Positions 19,880-28,084 are shown, counted from the first letter of the stretch. The stretch is DNA of 36,479 bases from Elusimicrobiota bacterium (GCA_027319565.1 DAHVNA010000020.1:1-36479); one strand, 5' to 3'. Numbers and translations: made by a program. The notes: generated by a model not told the origin, from the sequence alone.

Positions 19880-21142
19880 ATGGCGCGCCGAATCCCCAAC
19901 TCAGAAATTAACCTTTTTCAATTGATTTATATCCTGTTAAGACAATACCGCGAGAATTCGGGGCTGGAGCCGCTCAACCTTTCCTTGGGAAATCCGGATG
20001 GAATTCCTTCAGAGGAAATACTTGAGCTTCAGTCTCGTTTCGCGAAAGACCCGGTATATGATTATCACACCTACGCCGAGGACAAGAATTTATTTGATTT
20101 CGCCGAAACGATGGTTCTTCTTCATTCCGGAGTGGAGATGAAAAAGAACCCTCATTTAGAAGCGTTTCCGATTGCCGGAATTAAGACCACGAGCGCCCTT
20201 TTGCTTTTGGCTTGCGGATTTGGTGAAAGGCGAGATTTAATCTATGCCTCCAATCTTCCGGCTTACGATATTGTGGGAGTTTGGGGCGAGAAATATTTAA
20301 AATCTCGCTGCATGGTTTGGCCGCTTTGTAGCGCCGATAATATGCGCTTAAACGTCAAACGCCTCAAAGAAGCCGCCTCTCGTTTAGGCCATCAAAAACC
20401 GGAGCTTATTTTTACCGTGCGGCCCGGAAATCCCGCCTCTGTCGGAGCCTCTTTTGAAGAGTGGGTTGAACTCATTTCTTTTTGTCTTGAGCATAAAATT
20501 AGATTGGCAAACGACGGAGCATATGCGGGACTGGCCGGGGAAAAACACGTTTCCCTGGCGTCTGTCGCCAAAGACTATCCCGAGCTTGAATGGGTTGAGA
20601 TGTATTCGGTCAGCAAATCCTTTAACGATCCCGGAGCCCGTTTGGGCGCGATTGTCGGCTCAAAAGATTTTGTGCGCGATTATTTGATGATTAAGGGAAA
20701 TACCGATTCCGGGCCTGTTCCTTTTATGATGGCGGCTTACGGGCAATTTTTCCAGGACCCCGAAAACGCGCGAAAGGTCTTATCGCAATTGCGGGATCTC
20801 TATCGTCGGCGTTTGGAATACGTGATCCCATTATTTAAAAAAGCGGGCCTTGTTCCCGCCTGTGAAACAGAGGCGGGGTTTTTCACTTTATGGAAAGTTC
20901 CCAAAAGCGTTTTAGGGGTCGATCTCAAGAAAGAGGCCGAGAACGGCAATTTCAATTTGGCGGAAGCTTTTAACCGCACCGTGATCTCTAAGACAGGACT
21001 GGCGGGAGTTCACTTCTTAGGACAAGATGAAAAAGGCGAGCCCGAACCCTTGATTCGCTATGCCGTTTGCGCGGACGTTTTAAACCCCCGCTTTAAAGAA
21101 AGATTTGAAGCGGTCTTGCAAACCTTGCGTCCGCGATACTAG
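19880..21142 (+). CDS. PLP-dependent class I/II aminotransferase (LL-diaminopimelate aminotransferase-like)
   Basis: NLSLGNPD, PGNP, NDGAY, YSVSKSFNDPGARLG (PLP Lys), KGNTDSG. Substrate is uncertain. Confidence 0.85.
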   Translation: MARRIPNSEINLFQLIYILLRQYRENSGLEPLNLSLGNPDGIPSEEILELQSRFAKDPVYDYHTYAEDKNLFDFAETMVLLHSGVEMKKNPHLEAFPIAGIKTTSALLLLACGFGERRDLIYASNLPAYDIVGVWGEKYLKSRCMVWPLCSADNMRLNVKRLKEAASRLGHQKPELIFTVRPGNPASVGASFEEWVELISFCLEHKIRLANDGAYAGLAGEKHVSLASVAKDYPELEWVEMYSVSKSFNDPGARLGAIVGSKDFVRDYLMIKGNTDSGPVPFMMAAYGQFFQDPENARKVLSQLRDLYRRRLEYVIPLFKKAGLVPACETEAGFFTLWKVPKSVLGVDLKKEAENGNFNLAEAFNRTVISKTGLAGVHFLGQDEKGEPEPLIRYAVCADVLNPRFKERFEAVLQTLRPRY

Positions 21143-21291
21143 AAGCCCCATTGGGCGACATTGATGTCTCGAAAAGACGAGGCCGAGAGGTCGATACTTT
21201 TGTGCGGATGTCTCTTCACGTGGTGGCGGCGGATTTTTAAACTGTGGCGAAAGTGTCCTAAAATTCCCTTATTTTTTCTGCGTAGGGTCAT
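21139..21291 (-). CDS. Small basic His/Arg/Lys-rich protein, 50 aa (MTLRRKNKGILGHFRHSLKIRRHHVKRHPHKSIDLSASSFRDINVAQWGF); not in the ORF track
   Basis: Hand translation. Strong SD (AAGGGAGG) about 8 nt before the ATG; sigma70-like promoter directly upstream; stop overlaps the aminotransferase stop at CTAG. Confidence 0.7.
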   Translation of the reverse strand: MTLRRKNKGILGHFRHSLKIRRHHVKRHPHKSIDLSASSFRDINVAQWGF

Positions 21292-21324
21292 GTCTATTTC
21301 CTCCCTTCAATATCGATCCCTCGA

Positions 21325-21353
21325 AGGATAACAGGAGTTTTCATTTTTGTCAA
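21325..21353 (-). promoter_or_regulatory. sigma70-type promoter for the 50-aa ORF
   Basis: Minus strand TTGACA-N17-TATCCT with a TG extended -10. Confidence 0.7.
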
Positions 21354-21474
21354 CCCTTTCTATTAATTTCCCAGAAAATCAACCTAGGTAATAAAGTCGA
21401 GGGAGTAGTTTTCACCCATATGTCTCCCCGGCGAAAGAGGCCTACGTGAGCTTTTAGGTAATCTGACACTGCTC

Positions 21475-21503
21475 TTGACAATGTGATGAGGGGCGCGTAT
21501 CCT
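21475..21503 (+). promoter_or_regulatory. sigma70-type promoter for the kinase/LysM operon
   Basis: TTGACA (21475-21480)-N17-TATCCT (21498-21503), ending 22 nt before the ATG at 21526. Confidence 0.7.
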
Positions 21504-21525
21504 TATGGGGGATTTAACTATTTAA

Positions 21526-23658
21526 ATGAATCTTTTTAGAAAATTCGCCTTGATCTTAGCGGCTGTTAGCCTCATCCCCGCCGGATTTTTGGGATACCGC
21601 CTCATCGGAATTAGCCATCGCGGCATTCAGTCGTCGGTTTTGGAGCTTCATACTAAGCTAGCCGAAAGCTTGGCCGGGGAAATTGACCAGTATCTGAAAT
21701 CCAAGGAGGAAGAAATTAATTTTGAGCTCATTTCTCTTCAGGGCCAAAAAAACTGGGGGGAAAAGGAGAAATTTCTTGGGAAACTGGTGGAACAAAGTTC
21801 GGATCTCATCGAGATCGCGCTGGTCAATCGAAAGGGGGAAGATCTTTTAAAGGTCTATAATCCCGCCTTCCTTTTAAAACCTCATTTGGGAAAACACCGA
21901 CAAGAAGAGGGACTTCTTAAGGCGCTTTCTTCGAAAGAAAACCAAGTCGCTTTCGCATGGGTTTCTAAAATTCCCGCCGCCGTTCTCTATATTCCGCTCG
22001 CCCCGACGGTGGTCGCGCGTGTGGAAATCAGTCTCCAAAAATTAGCAGATAAGATTAAAGATGAAAGGGTCGGCGGAACTGGGTTTGCGGTTCTTGCGGG
22101 GGTTAAGGGCGAACCGCTGATTTATCCGCCGGAGCTATCGGAAGACCAATTAAAAAATTTCTCCTCTTGGCCGATGGTTCGTTCCGCGGTCAAGGCTGTC
22201 AGCGTCGGGGCGGGAGAATTTAAATCAGGCCAAACTTCTTACGTTGGGGCATATGCTCCGGTCGAGTCTCTCGGGGGGGCGGTTCTTATTTTCCAGAAGC
22301 GCTTAGACGCGTATAATTCGGAAGTGCGGATGCGCAAAACCGCGATAAGCCTTATTTCTATTGTCGCTTTCTTGGCTGTTTTAGTCGCCATGGTTTTAGC
22401 CCAAAGGCTTACGCGGCCTCTTTTATTTTTAACCCAGGCCGCTCACTCCGTTTCAACCGGAGATTTTTCCGTTCGCGTGCATTTAGACACTCGAGATGAA
22501 TTACGCGAGTTGGCTGAAACTTTTAATCAGATGACTGAAAAATTAAAGGCCTATGCCGATCTGCAAGTCGATCGCCTGATCGCGGAACAGAAAAAAACCG
22601 AGGCGATTCTTTACTCGATTGACGAGGGGATTATTCTTCTGGACCAAGAAAAACGGCTTGATTTAATGAATCGTCAAGCCGTCGAATTCTTAAATTTGCC
22701 GAAAAATGGCGAGGTCTTGGGCCGTTCCTTGGTCGAGGTCTTGGATGAAGGGGCGTTAAAAAAGGCTTTGTTGGAGATTCATAGCCCTACAGGGGAGGGT
22801 GCTGAAATTAAGGAAGTGGAATTGACCCAAGACATCAACAAAATCATCCTTCAGATTATCTCCCGCAAGGTTTTAAGGCCGGAGGGGCAAGAGCCTGGAC
22901 TTCTTTTGGCTTTAAGAGATATCACCCTTCAGCGGGAGTTGGATAAAATGAAGGAAGATTTTCTCCATTACGTGACCCATGATCTCAGAAATCCTTTGGG
23001 TTCCATTATGGGATTTTTAGAAATCCTCTTGAGCGGAATTTCGGGAAATTTAACGGAAGATCAAAGATCCATTTTAAGCTCAATTCAACGCTCTTCCCGC
23101 CGCTTGATGGGGATGATCAATAATATTCTTGATATCGCCAAGATGGAATCGGGCAAGCTGGCTTTGAATTTAAAGAAGGTTTCTCTCCATGAAATCGCTT
23201 TGCGCGCGGCCGATACTTTAGACTCTCTATCAAAATCGAAGAAAATCTCCGTTAAAGTCGAGTCTCAGGGGGATTGCACGGCGATGGCCGATGGGGATCT
23301 CATCGAGCGGGTGTTTATCAACCTTCTTGGAAACGCGATTAAATATACGCCACAGAATGGGACGATCACTCTTTCGGTTGAAGATATGGGGGATCATTTT
23401 AAAGCCGGGGTTTCCGATACCGGCGAGGGAATCCCAAAGGAGTATTTGGAAAGAGTGTTTTTGAAATTCGAGCAGGTTGAAGGGAAAGCGAGAGGCGGCA
23501 CGGGATTGGGCTTGACAATATCGCGCTTCTTTGTCGAATCCCATTTGGGGAAAATATGGGTCGAGTCGGAACTCGGAAAAGGCTCTTCTTTTTATTTTAC
23601 GGTTCCGAAAAATCTAACCCTTAATGCCGCGGGAAATGTGTTGGTATCGACCACATGA
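21526..23658 (+). CDS. Membrane sensor histidine kinase (TM-Cache-like-TM-HAMP-PAS-HisKA-HATPase)
   Basis: Two TM segments; HAMP (TRPL...GDFSVRV...DELRELAETFNQM); H-box THDLRNPL; N-box NLLGNAIKY; DTGEGI; GGTGLGL. Confidence 0.93.
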   Translation: MNLFRKFALILAAVSLIPAGFLGYRLIGISHRGIQSSVLELHTKLAESLAGEIDQYLKSKEEEINFELISLQGQKNWGEKEKFLGKLVEQSSDLIEIALVNRKGEDLLKVYNPAFLLKPHLGKHRQEEGLLKALSSKENQVAFAWVSKIPAAVLYIPLAPTVVARVEISLQKLADKIKDERVGGTGFAVLAGVKGEPLIYPPELSEDQLKNFSSWPMVRSAVKAVSVGAGEFKSGQTSYVGAYAPVESLGGAVLIFQKRLDAYNSEVRMRKTAISLISIVAFLAVLVAMVLAQRLTRPLLFLTQAAHSVSTGDFSVRVHLDTRDELRELAETFNQMTEKLKAYADLQVDRLIAEQKKTEAILYSIDEGIILLDQEKRLDLMNRQAVEFLNLPKNGEVLGRSLVEVLDEGALKKALLEIHSPTGEGAEIKEVELTQDINKIILQIISRKVLRPEGQEPGLLLALRDITLQRELDKMKEDFLHYVTHDLRNPLGSIMGFLEILLSGISGNLTEDQRSILSSIQRSSRRLMGMINNILDIAKMESGKLALNLKKVSLHEIALRAADTLDSLSKSKKISVKVESQGDCTAMADGDLIERVFINLLGNAIKYTPQNGTITLSVEDMGDHFKAGVSDTGEGIPKEYLERVFLKFEQVEGKARGGTGLGLTISRFFVESHLGKIWVESELGKGSSFYFTVPKNLTLNAAGNVLVSTT

Positions 23659-24851
23659 AAACTTTTTTTCTAGCCTCGCTACTGGCATTCTCTTCTTTTT
23701 CGGAGACGGTTTCGTCGGTCCGATTTGAAAAGGTGACGGTCAAGCCCGGCGACACGCTGTGGGGGATCGCCCAGACCTATCTTAAAAACCCCGAGGACTG
23801 GAATCAAATACTCAAATATAATCATCTCCCTTCCGACGATCCGACGGTGGCGCTGCCGGGGATGACTCTTGAGGTTCCTAAAAAAATAATGAAAGAGATT
23901 TTTCAGGCCGGGAGAATCCTCTCTTCGGTCAACCAGGTTTTGCTTCGTCGCCAAGAGACGGCTCAATGGAAAAAAACTCATGCGGGAGAAATCCTCTATT
24001 CCAAAGATACCTTGAGGACCTTGGATGAGTCAAAAGCGAAAGTGCTTTTTATCGATTCTCAGATATTGGATTTAGAGCCGGATTCGATGGCGGTCATCCT
24101 TCTTCCGCCCGGGAAAAAACGGGAGGATTCGGTGTCTCTTAAACGCGGAAGCGTCTTTATCGGACACGCGAAAGTAATGACTCCGTCGGCGACAATCACG
24201 CCCAAGGCTCCGCATACGGTCTATTCGGCTAAAATTAGGGAAGACGCAAGCACCTTGGTCCGGGTTTTTTCCGGAGTCGCGACGGTGAGTGCCGAAGGGC
24301 AAAACGTCGATGTTCCGGCGGGCATGGAAACAACGGTTCCGCCGGGTTTGTCCGCCGGGGTTCCTCAAAAAATTCCGCATTGGAAGGAGTTTCAGTCCGA
24401 GGCACAATTGGCCATGTCAAATCCTGCTCAAGGCTCTCGAAAATTGCGCTCATCTGGAAACGGAGAGTCGGGGTCGGTTTTGGCTGGTCCTGGGGTAGAG
24501 GAAAATTCTTCGGGCCAAGCCCAGGCTGGAAATATGTCCGCGAGAAATAATTTGGGCGCGCGCGCCGGCGTAGGGACAAAAGCCTCTAGCGCTTCGCCTT
24601 CCGCCAGTCTTCAAAAAGAGATATCGGACCTCTCCATTGGAAACCCCATTTCCGGATATCGGCTCCAGGTTTCTATCGCGAGCGATTTCTCATCTCCGAT
24701 TTTAGACAAGGTCTTTGACTCCGATGAAAAAGTCGATATCCAAAGCCTGGGGCTTAAACCGGGCCAGTATTGGTTTCGATTGGCGACGATAGATCTCTTA
24801 GGCGAACAAAGCCCGTTTACTTCTCCGCGCCAATACACGGTTTTTCAATAA
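23655..24851 (+). CDS. Exported LysM + FecR-like + C-terminal FN3-like protein
   Basis: Signal peptide; LysM (VTVKPGDTLWGIAQTYL...W..I..YN...PGMTLEVP); FecR-like core (DTLRT...KAKVLF...TLVRVFSGVATV); low-complexity linker; GYRLQVS..DFS...PGQYWFRLATID. ATGA overlap with the kinase. Confidence 0.8.
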   Translation: MKTFFLASLLAFSSFSETVSSVRFEKVTVKPGDTLWGIAQTYLKNPEDWNQILKYNHLPSDDPTVALPGMTLEVPKKIMKEIFQAGRILSSVNQVLLRRQETAQWKKTHAGEILYSKDTLRTLDESKAKVLFIDSQILDLEPDSMAVILLPPGKKREDSVSLKRGSVFIGHAKVMTPSATITPKAPHTVYSAKIREDASTLVRVFSGVATVSAEGQNVDVPAGMETTVPPGLSAGVPQKIPHWKEFQSEAQLAMSNPAQGSRKLRSSGNGESGSVLAGPGVEENSSGQAQAGNMSARNNLGARAGVGTKASSASPSASLQKEISDLSIGNPISGYRLQVSIASDFSSPILDKVFDSDEKVDIQSLGLKPGQYWFRLATIDLLGEQSPFTSPRQYTVFQ

Positions 24852-24872
24852 ACCTAAATAACGACCGCTTGG

Positions 24873-25589
24873 CTAAGGTTGAATGACTGCGGTTTTAATG
24901 TAATCCAGATGCGGGAAATCTGCCTTAAGATAGGCGTTTCCCTGTTGTTGAACTTGGCTTTGATCGGGGCCCGGTCCCGAGGGAGGGCCGTCCCCGTAGC
25001 CGTTAAAGAGAGAATCAACCACGTCCATTCCTTGAGATACTTTCCCGAAAGGAGTGAATCCCATTGAATCCAAAAACGTGTTGTTGCCGTAATTGATGAA
25101 GACCTGGGTCGTGCGGGTGTTGGGCCCGGCGGTGGCAAAGGAAATGGTTCCCCGTAGATTAGAATGGTTGGTCGCTAAGTCATCCGGGATCTTGGCGTTA
25201 AACCATTTCGCGTTGACTTGCGGATCTCCATTGATTCCGAATTGAACCATGAATCCCTTAACGACGCGGAAAAATGCGTCTCCATTGTAGAACCCGATTT
25301 TGACGAGATTATAAAACCGGTCCGCTCCGCTGGGAGCCCAGTCGCGATGGATTTCAAGGGTAAAATCTCCCTTGGTCGTCGTAAAAAGCACGTGATAGGT
25401 CTCCGGGGCCTTGAGATTGTCCATGTCGGGATTTAAGAGAGGATTGTTCGAGGCGGCATTGGGAGTCTGGGTTTGAGAAGATGCGGGCGAACCGGGTTTA
25501 GGAGACGGGCTTTTGGTTTGCTCATGGCAGGCGGCCAGAAAAAATGCGCAAGCGCACAGCGTTATTGTGGGTAGAATATATTTTGTCAT
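24873..25589 (-). CDS. Cyclophilin-type peptidyl-prolyl cis-trans isomerase, lipoprotein
   Basis: Lipobox LAAC (Cys21), Pro/Ser linker, FFRVVKGFMVQFG, NLRGTISFATAGPNTRTTQVFIN, FGKV..GMDVV. Confidence 0.92.
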   Translation of the reverse strand: MTKYILPTITLCACAFFLAACHEQTKSPSPKPGSPASSQTQTPNAASNNPLLNPDMDNLKAPETYHVLFTTTKGDFTLEIHRDWAPSGADRFYNLVKIGFYNGDAFFRVVKGFMVQFGINGDPQVNAKWFNAKIPDDLATNHSNLRGTISFATAGPNTRTTQVFINYGNNTFLDSMGFTPFGKVSQGMDVVDSLFNGYGDGPPSGPGPDQSQVQQQGNAYLKADFPHLDYIKTAVIQP

Positions 25590-25820
25590 GAGAAGAGTCT
25601 AGCAAAAGAGATTTAAAAATTTCAATTTTTAGCCCGCTCTATGGAGACGCAACCGATGCGAACTATTCTAGAACCTCTTTAAGCTAATGTCCACGCCACC
25701 CAACAACTCAGGCCTTCCCTTTTTCAAAGTGTTGCACTAGTATATTGAACTTGGGGCCGACGCCAAGGCAGCAAGGAAGCATTCCAATAATACACGGGAG
25801 AGATTGCTAAAATACTGAAG

Positions 25821-27308
25821 ATGAAAAAAAGTTTTGACCCGAGGAAAATGATGGAACTGGCTGTCAATGTCATGCGCCAGTCCGTCTCGGAGCCGCGAAA
25901 AGACGACAAGGCGAGTCCGCTTGTCGGCGCAGCGCTCTTCAAACCCGACGGCGCCATCGAGACGGCCTGCCGGGGCGAACTCCGCCACGGAGACCACGCG
26001 GAGTTCACGCTCCTAGAAAGAAAAAATCGCGGGAATAAACTGGACGGCTCCGTCTTATTCGCCACGCTCGAACCCTGCGCCCCGGATTCGCACCATCCTC
26101 CGAAAATGAGCTGCACCGAACGCATTGTGTTGTCGCGAATCAAGGAGGTCTGGGTGGGAATTGAGGATCCCGATCCCAAGGTAGACCGCAAGGGGATCAA
26201 ATTCCTTCAAGATGCTGGCGTCAGGGTGCACATGTTCGACCGCGACCTTCAGGAAGTCATCCGGAAGGCAAACAAAAATTTTCTTAAGCAAGCGCTTCAG
26301 CGAGCCAAGGCGGTGCGGGGCGCAAAGCAATTAAAAGGAACCGCGCTTTCTTCGCTTGAAAACGCTTTGGTTGTTTCCACCATTAAGGATTTTTCAGGAG
26401 AGGCCCTTAAACGATACCGTTCTCAGGCCAAAATCACGACAAGAATCGGCTCACAAGCTTTCAATCGCCATCTGCTGCGGCAGGGGCTGTTAAAAGAGGA
26501 AAAGGGTCGACTGATCCCGACTGGATTCGGCTTTCTTCTCTTCGGGAAAAAACCCCGCGCAATTCTTCATCAGGCCGGTCTCCTGGCCACCATTCATTAT
26601 CCCAATGGCAAAGATGAACTCTTGGATTTTGACGAACCGTTGATCCTGATCCCCGATCTAGTCGAAAAATGGCTCGGCGATAAACTGCCCAACGTCATTG
26701 ACCGAAGCCATATGCAGCGCCAAACTCAGCCAGCTCTCCCCTCTGAGATGGTGCGCGAAGCCGTGATCAATGCCCTCATTCATCGCGATTACGATATCAA
26801 AGGAGCAAAATGCCAACTCGTGGTCACGGAGAACTCCATCACGATCAAGAGCCCCGGCGCTCCGCCGCCACCTATCACAATAGAACAACTGAAATCATTC
26901 AACGCTCCCATGCTGAGTCGGAATCCAGGGTTGCATTACGTCTTCTCTCACATGGGACTGGCTGAAGAACGCGGCCTAGGAGTCAAGACCTTGAAGTCCG
27001 ACGCGGAAGAGGAGGGGTTGCCCTTGCCCAGGTACAGCTTTGAAGCCCCCTATCTTGCGCTCACTCTTTATCGAAATTCGGAAGCGCCTTCGCGAGCGCT
27101 GAACCAGGAAGTGCTGGATTCGATAAACAAGGCTGAGCGGAAAGGATGGCAGTGGCTGACCACGAAGGGCAAAGCCAAATCCAGCCAGTATGCGGTCGCC
27201 ATGGACATCGATAATCGTACCGCACGACGACATCTTAATGGGTTCGTTGAACTCGGCATGGCCAAAAAAACCGGATCAGGACCAGCCACTGAGTATGAGG
27301 TGCTTTAA
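25821..27308 (+). CDS. Fusion protein: RibD-like Zn-dependent deaminase + HATPase_c_4 (RecG_C-type) ATP-binding domain + winged HTH
   Basis: Deaminase: PLVGAAL, HAE, TLEPC-x11-C, DPDPKV...G. ATPase: REAVINALIHRDY, SPG, SRNP, EERGLG. wHTH: RTARRHLNGFVELG..KKTGSGPATEY. No RibD reductase domain. Confidence 0.85.
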   Translation: MKKSFDPRKMMELAVNVMRQSVSEPRKDDKASPLVGAALFKPDGAIETACRGELRHGDHAEFTLLERKNRGNKLDGSVLFATLEPCAPDSHHPPKMSCTERIVLSRIKEVWVGIEDPDPKVDRKGIKFLQDAGVRVHMFDRDLQEVIRKANKNFLKQALQRAKAVRGAKQLKGTALSSLENALVVSTIKDFSGEALKRYRSQAKITTRIGSQAFNRHLLRQGLLKEEKGRLIPTGFGFLLFGKKPRAILHQAGLLATIHYPNGKDELLDFDEPLILIPDLVEKWLGDKLPNVIDRSHMQRQTQPALPSEMVREAVINALIHRDYDIKGAKCQLVVTENSITIKSPGAPPPPITIEQLKSFNAPMLSRNPGLHYVFSHMGLAEERGLGVKTLKSDAEEEGLPLPRYSFEAPYLALTLYRNSEAPSRALNQEVLDSINKAERKGWQWLTTKGKAKSSQYAVAMDIDNRTARRHLNGFVELGMAKKTGSGPATEYEVL

Positions 27309-27324
27309 GTGAATCTACCGCAAC

Positions 27325-27433
27325 CGGACAAGAAAGCGGACATTTTGTCCGGATTCAGACAAGCGCCTATCCGAGCCAAATCGAGGATCCCGCCATTTTG
27401 GCGGGATAACATCCGGACATTTTTCCCGGATTC
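27325..27433. repeat. Palindrome/direct-repeat cluster downstream of the deaminase fusion
   Basis: CGGACATTTTGTCCGGATTC (27337-27356) and CGGACATTTTTCCCGGATTC (27414-27433) match at 18/20; hairpin ATCCCGCCA-TTT-TGGCGGGAT (27387-27407) between them; extra CGGACA at 27325-27330. Confidence 0.75.
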
Positions 27434-27663
27434 GCTTAAGCCGACGCTTGATCAAAGACCCGCGAGGCGTTCGCTGCGTTATTGCCGGACTAACCGAAGA
27501 GAAAAACGAGCTGGAAGTCGTGTGCCGAATTCTTGCCTCTGGAAAACTTCAGGTAATAACGGTATACTTGAGAAAGATAATATGACCGCTAAACAAATCA
27601 TTAATCGAGCTGATAAGCCGATGGCCGCGGTAGTGGCGCGCCCATTGAGCAAGACGCTTTTCT

Positions 27664-27684
27664 GCACTACGCTGGCACTACGCT
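27664..27684. repeat. Tandem 10-bp direct repeat GCACTACGCT x2 (integrase arm-site-like)
   Basis: Exact copies at 27664-27673 and 27675-27684, 64 bp upstream of the tRNA and followed by an AT-rich tract. The arm-site role is inference. Confidence 0.55.
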
Positions 27685-27748
27685 TGAATTTCAGTCAATT
27701 AGACATAAGTATAGATTAGTATTGTTTTATAAGTAGTTTTTTGATTCT

Positions 27749-27841
<93 letters not shown>

Positions 27842-27896
27842 GCTTTTGGGCGGAATTAGCAGAAGAGGATTCGAAGCTGACAGAAAAAACCTCCCT

Positions 27897-27968
27897 TGTC
27901 ATTCCGGCGTAAGCCGGAATCCAGAACTTTTAATAAAAACCTGGACCCCGATTTTCATCGGGGTGACG
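27897..27968. repeat. Inverted dimer of CGTC-type REP-like palindromes
   Basis: TGTC-ATTCCGGC-GTAA-GCCGGAAT-CCAG (27897-27924) and, on the minus strand, CGTC-ACCCCGAT-GAAA-ATCGGGGT-CCAG (27968-27941), separated by an AT-rich spacer. Confidence 0.75.
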
Positions 27969-28065
27969 TTGGGGTGCCCCAGAGCGAAAGCGAAGCTGGG
28001 GGAGACGGAATCCGACCGAGCATAGGCGAGGAAGTGCCGCTTCCAGGTTCCGTTTAAGAAAGCGG

Positions 28066-28078
28066 CCCTCCCTCTCCG
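28066..28078 (+). repeat. 13-bp direct repeat of the tRNA-Ser 3' end
   Basis: CCCTCCCTCTCCG is identical to 27826-27838, 240 bp upstream. Confidence 0.65.
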
Positions 28079-28084
28079 TTTTTA

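Noticed and set aside
25630..25820. Second att copy marking the left end of an island
   Set aside because: Only 6-bp matches (GGAGAG, GCACTA), which is chance level.
25821..26300. Calling the deaminase ribD
   Set aside because: No reductase domain, altered substrate loops, fusion to an ATPase-HTH, and no rib context.
26330..27308. Calling the ATPase part a RecG helicase
   Set aside because: No Walker A or DExH motifs; only the HATPase_c_4 domain, whose name mentions RecG.
27309..27719. 136-aa ORF after the deaminase gene as a partner protein or integrase
   Set aside because: It runs through palindromic repeats and shows no RBS or catalytic motifs; probably non-coding, though not strictly excluded.
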